Below, in pieces: positions 48,560 to 51,484 of a stretch of 51,484 nt of DNA; positions within the stretch are counted from its first letter, which is position 1, and every line of letters begins with the position of its first letter. The DNA is from Mustelus asterias. Lineage: Eukaryota. The notes under the pieces were generated by a model. It was given only the letters and a program-made list of their open reading frames with translations, did not search any database and was not told where the DNA came from. The stretch is from assembly GCF_964213995.1 (NCBI RefSeq), contig NW_027592543.1:1-51484 (forward strand). The letters run 5' to 3'. Position numbers and translations under genes: made by a program.

Positions 48560-49050
48560 AGTCACAATTGAATAATTTCCTCTTTCCTCAATGAGCGAAA
48601 CTTGTAAAAACTCAAGAAATTTGACACAATCCAGGACAAAGCCACCCACAAGATTACCCGCCCCCTCATTCACCCTATTCACTCTCTCTATCACTAACAA
48701 GCAGTGACAGCAGTGTGTATTTTATACAAGATGCACTGCAGCAACTCACCAAGACTCCAGAGAAAACACTGCCCAAACCCGCTGCCTTTACATCCTAACA
48801 GGACAAGGGCAGCAGCCACACATGAACACTACCACCTGCAAGCTCCCCTACAAGACACACACCATCTTGACTTGAAACAATATCTCAGTTCCTTCACAGT
48901 CGCTGGGTCAAAATCCTGGAACATCCTGCCTAACAGCACGGCGGATGCCTGCAGCATATGCACTGCAGTTATTCAAGGATACTTAATATCAATTCTTTCC
49001 CAAGGAACAATTATGTAGGGACATATTTAAAATTCTTGCTTTGCAAGCGA
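48560..49050 (+). mobile_element. Old LINE (CR1/L2 group) 3' fragment
   Basis: LD.IQDKA, IYKMHCSNSPRL, F.VAGSKSWN.LP motifs. Confidence 0.6.
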
Positions 49051-49504
49051 CTCTAAATTGCCTTTAGAAATTAAGAATAAGATGCAAACGAATTTGACCC
49101 TGCAACTGTTCTACTAAACAGGTCAGGGACTGCTATAGTATAGAATACAATACAGTAAACCTCCCTTTGCATTTGCTCATCCAAAGTTCCCAAAGCCGGT
49201 ATATCACTGGTTAAAAATCAACCAAATCTCTTTCTACAGCCTGACGTTTCTGCTCTCTCTGACTGTCACAATGTGCTTCAGGGATCTCATTTCTGAGACG
49301 CCGAGTCAAACATCAAGTCAACCTGTCACGTTTCTCACAGGTACAAGTTTATTGAAGAAATAAATCAATTTTCACTCCCTGAAATACAGGGGAAGGAACC
49401 AAAAGGTTTATAACCAGTCAGGCAGATTCTTGGTGCCAACACAGTGACCACGCGCACAGAAACAGAACAGACATAAACGGTGCAACAATCGAGTGCCCAG
49501 CAGA

Positions 49505-51095
49505 TAGATCTGTTCAATCTGTCAATTTCATTCAAATTGTTGGATTCTAATTGATCAATGGTCAACTTACAACAACAGAAAATCAATAACCTATTTTAAA
49601 TTAAACTGATATTCATTTCAGAACTCCTTTCGACTTTTAATTATTTCTCTGTCTCACTTCTCGAAAACTATGTAAAAATGTAATTTTGCTGAAAATGAGC
49701 CATCAAAAATAACAGGTTCAGGACAGTTCAATGTCCCTAACAGAGATGCAGTGACACAGTCAGAATTAAACAAATCGGGAAACATTTACATTGAAAATCA
49801 TTATCTGATTCGAGTTAATTTCTTAATTAAATAGAGTGAACAAAATAAGCAAGGCAAAACACTTTATCGAGCTGAGCATAGCTGAGTAAAGAAATGTTTT
49901 GTTTCTGAATTCATTTTCGATACAATTAAATATTCTCTAAAACTAATTGTATTTTGCACGCCTGTACAGTATTCAGGTTCTTTTGTTTTAAATTAATCAG
50001 CATCAATATTATATTTTAAGTTATTGTTAATTGTCAGTTAATTCTCCTGTCAGCTGATTTGCGCTCTAATAAAATGAGTTTTCAATCATTCAAAACGTGC
50101 TTCTGCCTTTAACATTGTTAAATAATTAGGTTACAATTAAGTCTTAGACAATGTTAAACAATAATTTCAAATTACTGAATGAAAACATTCAGACATCTGT
50201 CATTCATTTACTTAAATCTAATCACATTGTAATATTTTACTTTTCACGTTTACTACCAATGTCTTATTGTAACAGAGAAACGTGTTAAAAATGCGTACTT
50301 CTGAATTTGTATAGACTGTAACGGACTGGCAGTTTGAAATCAATAATACTGCTTCCTCGATTTAGTAATTTAGACCATCCATATAACTTAATTAGTGAAC
50401 ATATTGTTTAATTAAAGAAGATCTGAATTAAACAGTGCAAACACAAAGAGGACAATTGATTCAAATCTCCTCTAACACTAAAACATGGTGCAGAATATAA
50501 GTCCAGACTTTTTCTTCATTATAATATTTAATAAGAATTAAACATCAGGTTCAGATAGAATCAATTCTTCTATTCTGTCATTTATTCGTCCCATAATTCT
50601 AGCCTGAGTTCAGCAGTAATGGGAGACATTATGCTATTATTAAGTGCAGAGCTAATATTATCTTTATAATATTTATGATATTATAATATTTTTATATAAA
50701 TTAATCTTTTTGAATTTCAAGTATTTACTTGTCAATTTCTAGCCAGTTTCTGTTGACACTTTACTACAATTTAAACACAATTATGTGAACAATTGCTTGA
50801 GTGTCAGCGAATTCCACCTGTCAGAAAACTCTGTTCACGCTGTCAAATGTATTCAAACTGTTTGAATCTAATTGATCAAAGGTAAAATTACAACAACAAC
50901 AAAAATGAAAAATTTTAAATTAACCTGACGTTCCTTTCAAAACTCCCATCGTCTTTTAACTATCTCTCCCTGTCTGTCTCAAATCCCGAAAACTGGGCAA
51001 AAATGTATTTTTTCCGAAAAAGAGCACCTCAAATATAACAGATTCAGGGTAGTGTAATGTCCCTGAGAGAGATACAGTGACACAGTATGTAATTC
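49505..51095. repeat. Diverged ~270-bp direct repeat pair (49505-49770, 50825-51095) in AT-rich presumed J-C intron
   Basis: Collinear blocks TCTAATTGATCAA, TTACAACAAC, TTTTAAATTAA.CTGA, CGAAAACT, AATGTCCCT, CAGTGACACAGT in both. Confidence 0.8.
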
Positions 51096-51484
51096 ATGAT
51101 GTATATTAATATGTAAGCATCAGTTAACATGAATAAAATGCCCTAACATATATTTATTTTAATTTTCCGAAACCTGTTTGCTTTATCCCGACAAGAATTT
51201 TCATTTAGCCAGAAAACGTGTAACTGCTCAGTATTAATGAGTTGAAACAATACAAAAACAATTGAGAAACACCAAACCATTTCACAATTTTTTAGATGAG
51301 ATTAGTAATTAATTATCTCGGTATCCAATGACAAATTAGTTGGAAGAAATAATCTGGTTGCGACTTCACTGAAAAAAAATGTAAAAATCGGATACCAAAA
51401 TTGCCAAAAAGAAACGTCTTATTGTGCAAAACACGTATTCCAGTGAATGCGAACTAATCTGGGATATAACGATTAATGCAAAGT

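Noticed and set aside
42293-51484. JH, D or VH segments, or an extra C exon
   Set aside because: No WGxG-plus-donor or Ig-domain exon found by eye; V-D-J presumably lies beyond the window, so functionality of the whole cluster cannot be judged.

Overview
Eukaryotic, repeat-rich vertebrate DNA, almost certainly a cartilaginous fish (shark). Left part (~1-33 kb): a cluster of KRAB-less tandem C2H2 zinc-finger genes in different states of decay (one intact 9-finger gene, two with nonsense codons, one inverted-fusion fragment, one relic), all built from a shared promoter/exon-1/acceptor/3'UTR cassette. They sit among CR1, Rex1/Babar and RTE LINE pieces, HE1-type SINEs, a Gypsy integrase fragment and Penelope-like elements carrying minimal hammerhead ribozyme motifs. 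Right part (~34.7-51.5 kb): an apparently intact IgM heavy-chain constant region on the minus strand (CH1-CH4 + secretory tailpiece, TM1, TM2; all GT-AG, phases consistent), followed by about 9 kb of presumed J-C intron with no J segment visible. Most notable: core-intact hammerhead motifs in IgM sense orientation on either side of the TM exons; a strand-biased G-rich repeat about 1 kb upstream of CH1 that looks like a switch region; a fold-back bidirectional ZNF promoter; ZNF start codons derived from a finger linker behind dead fingers; and a minisatellite traceable to one unit of the ZNF exon-1 module. Family assignments rest on recalled motifs, not database searches; repeat boundaries are approximate.
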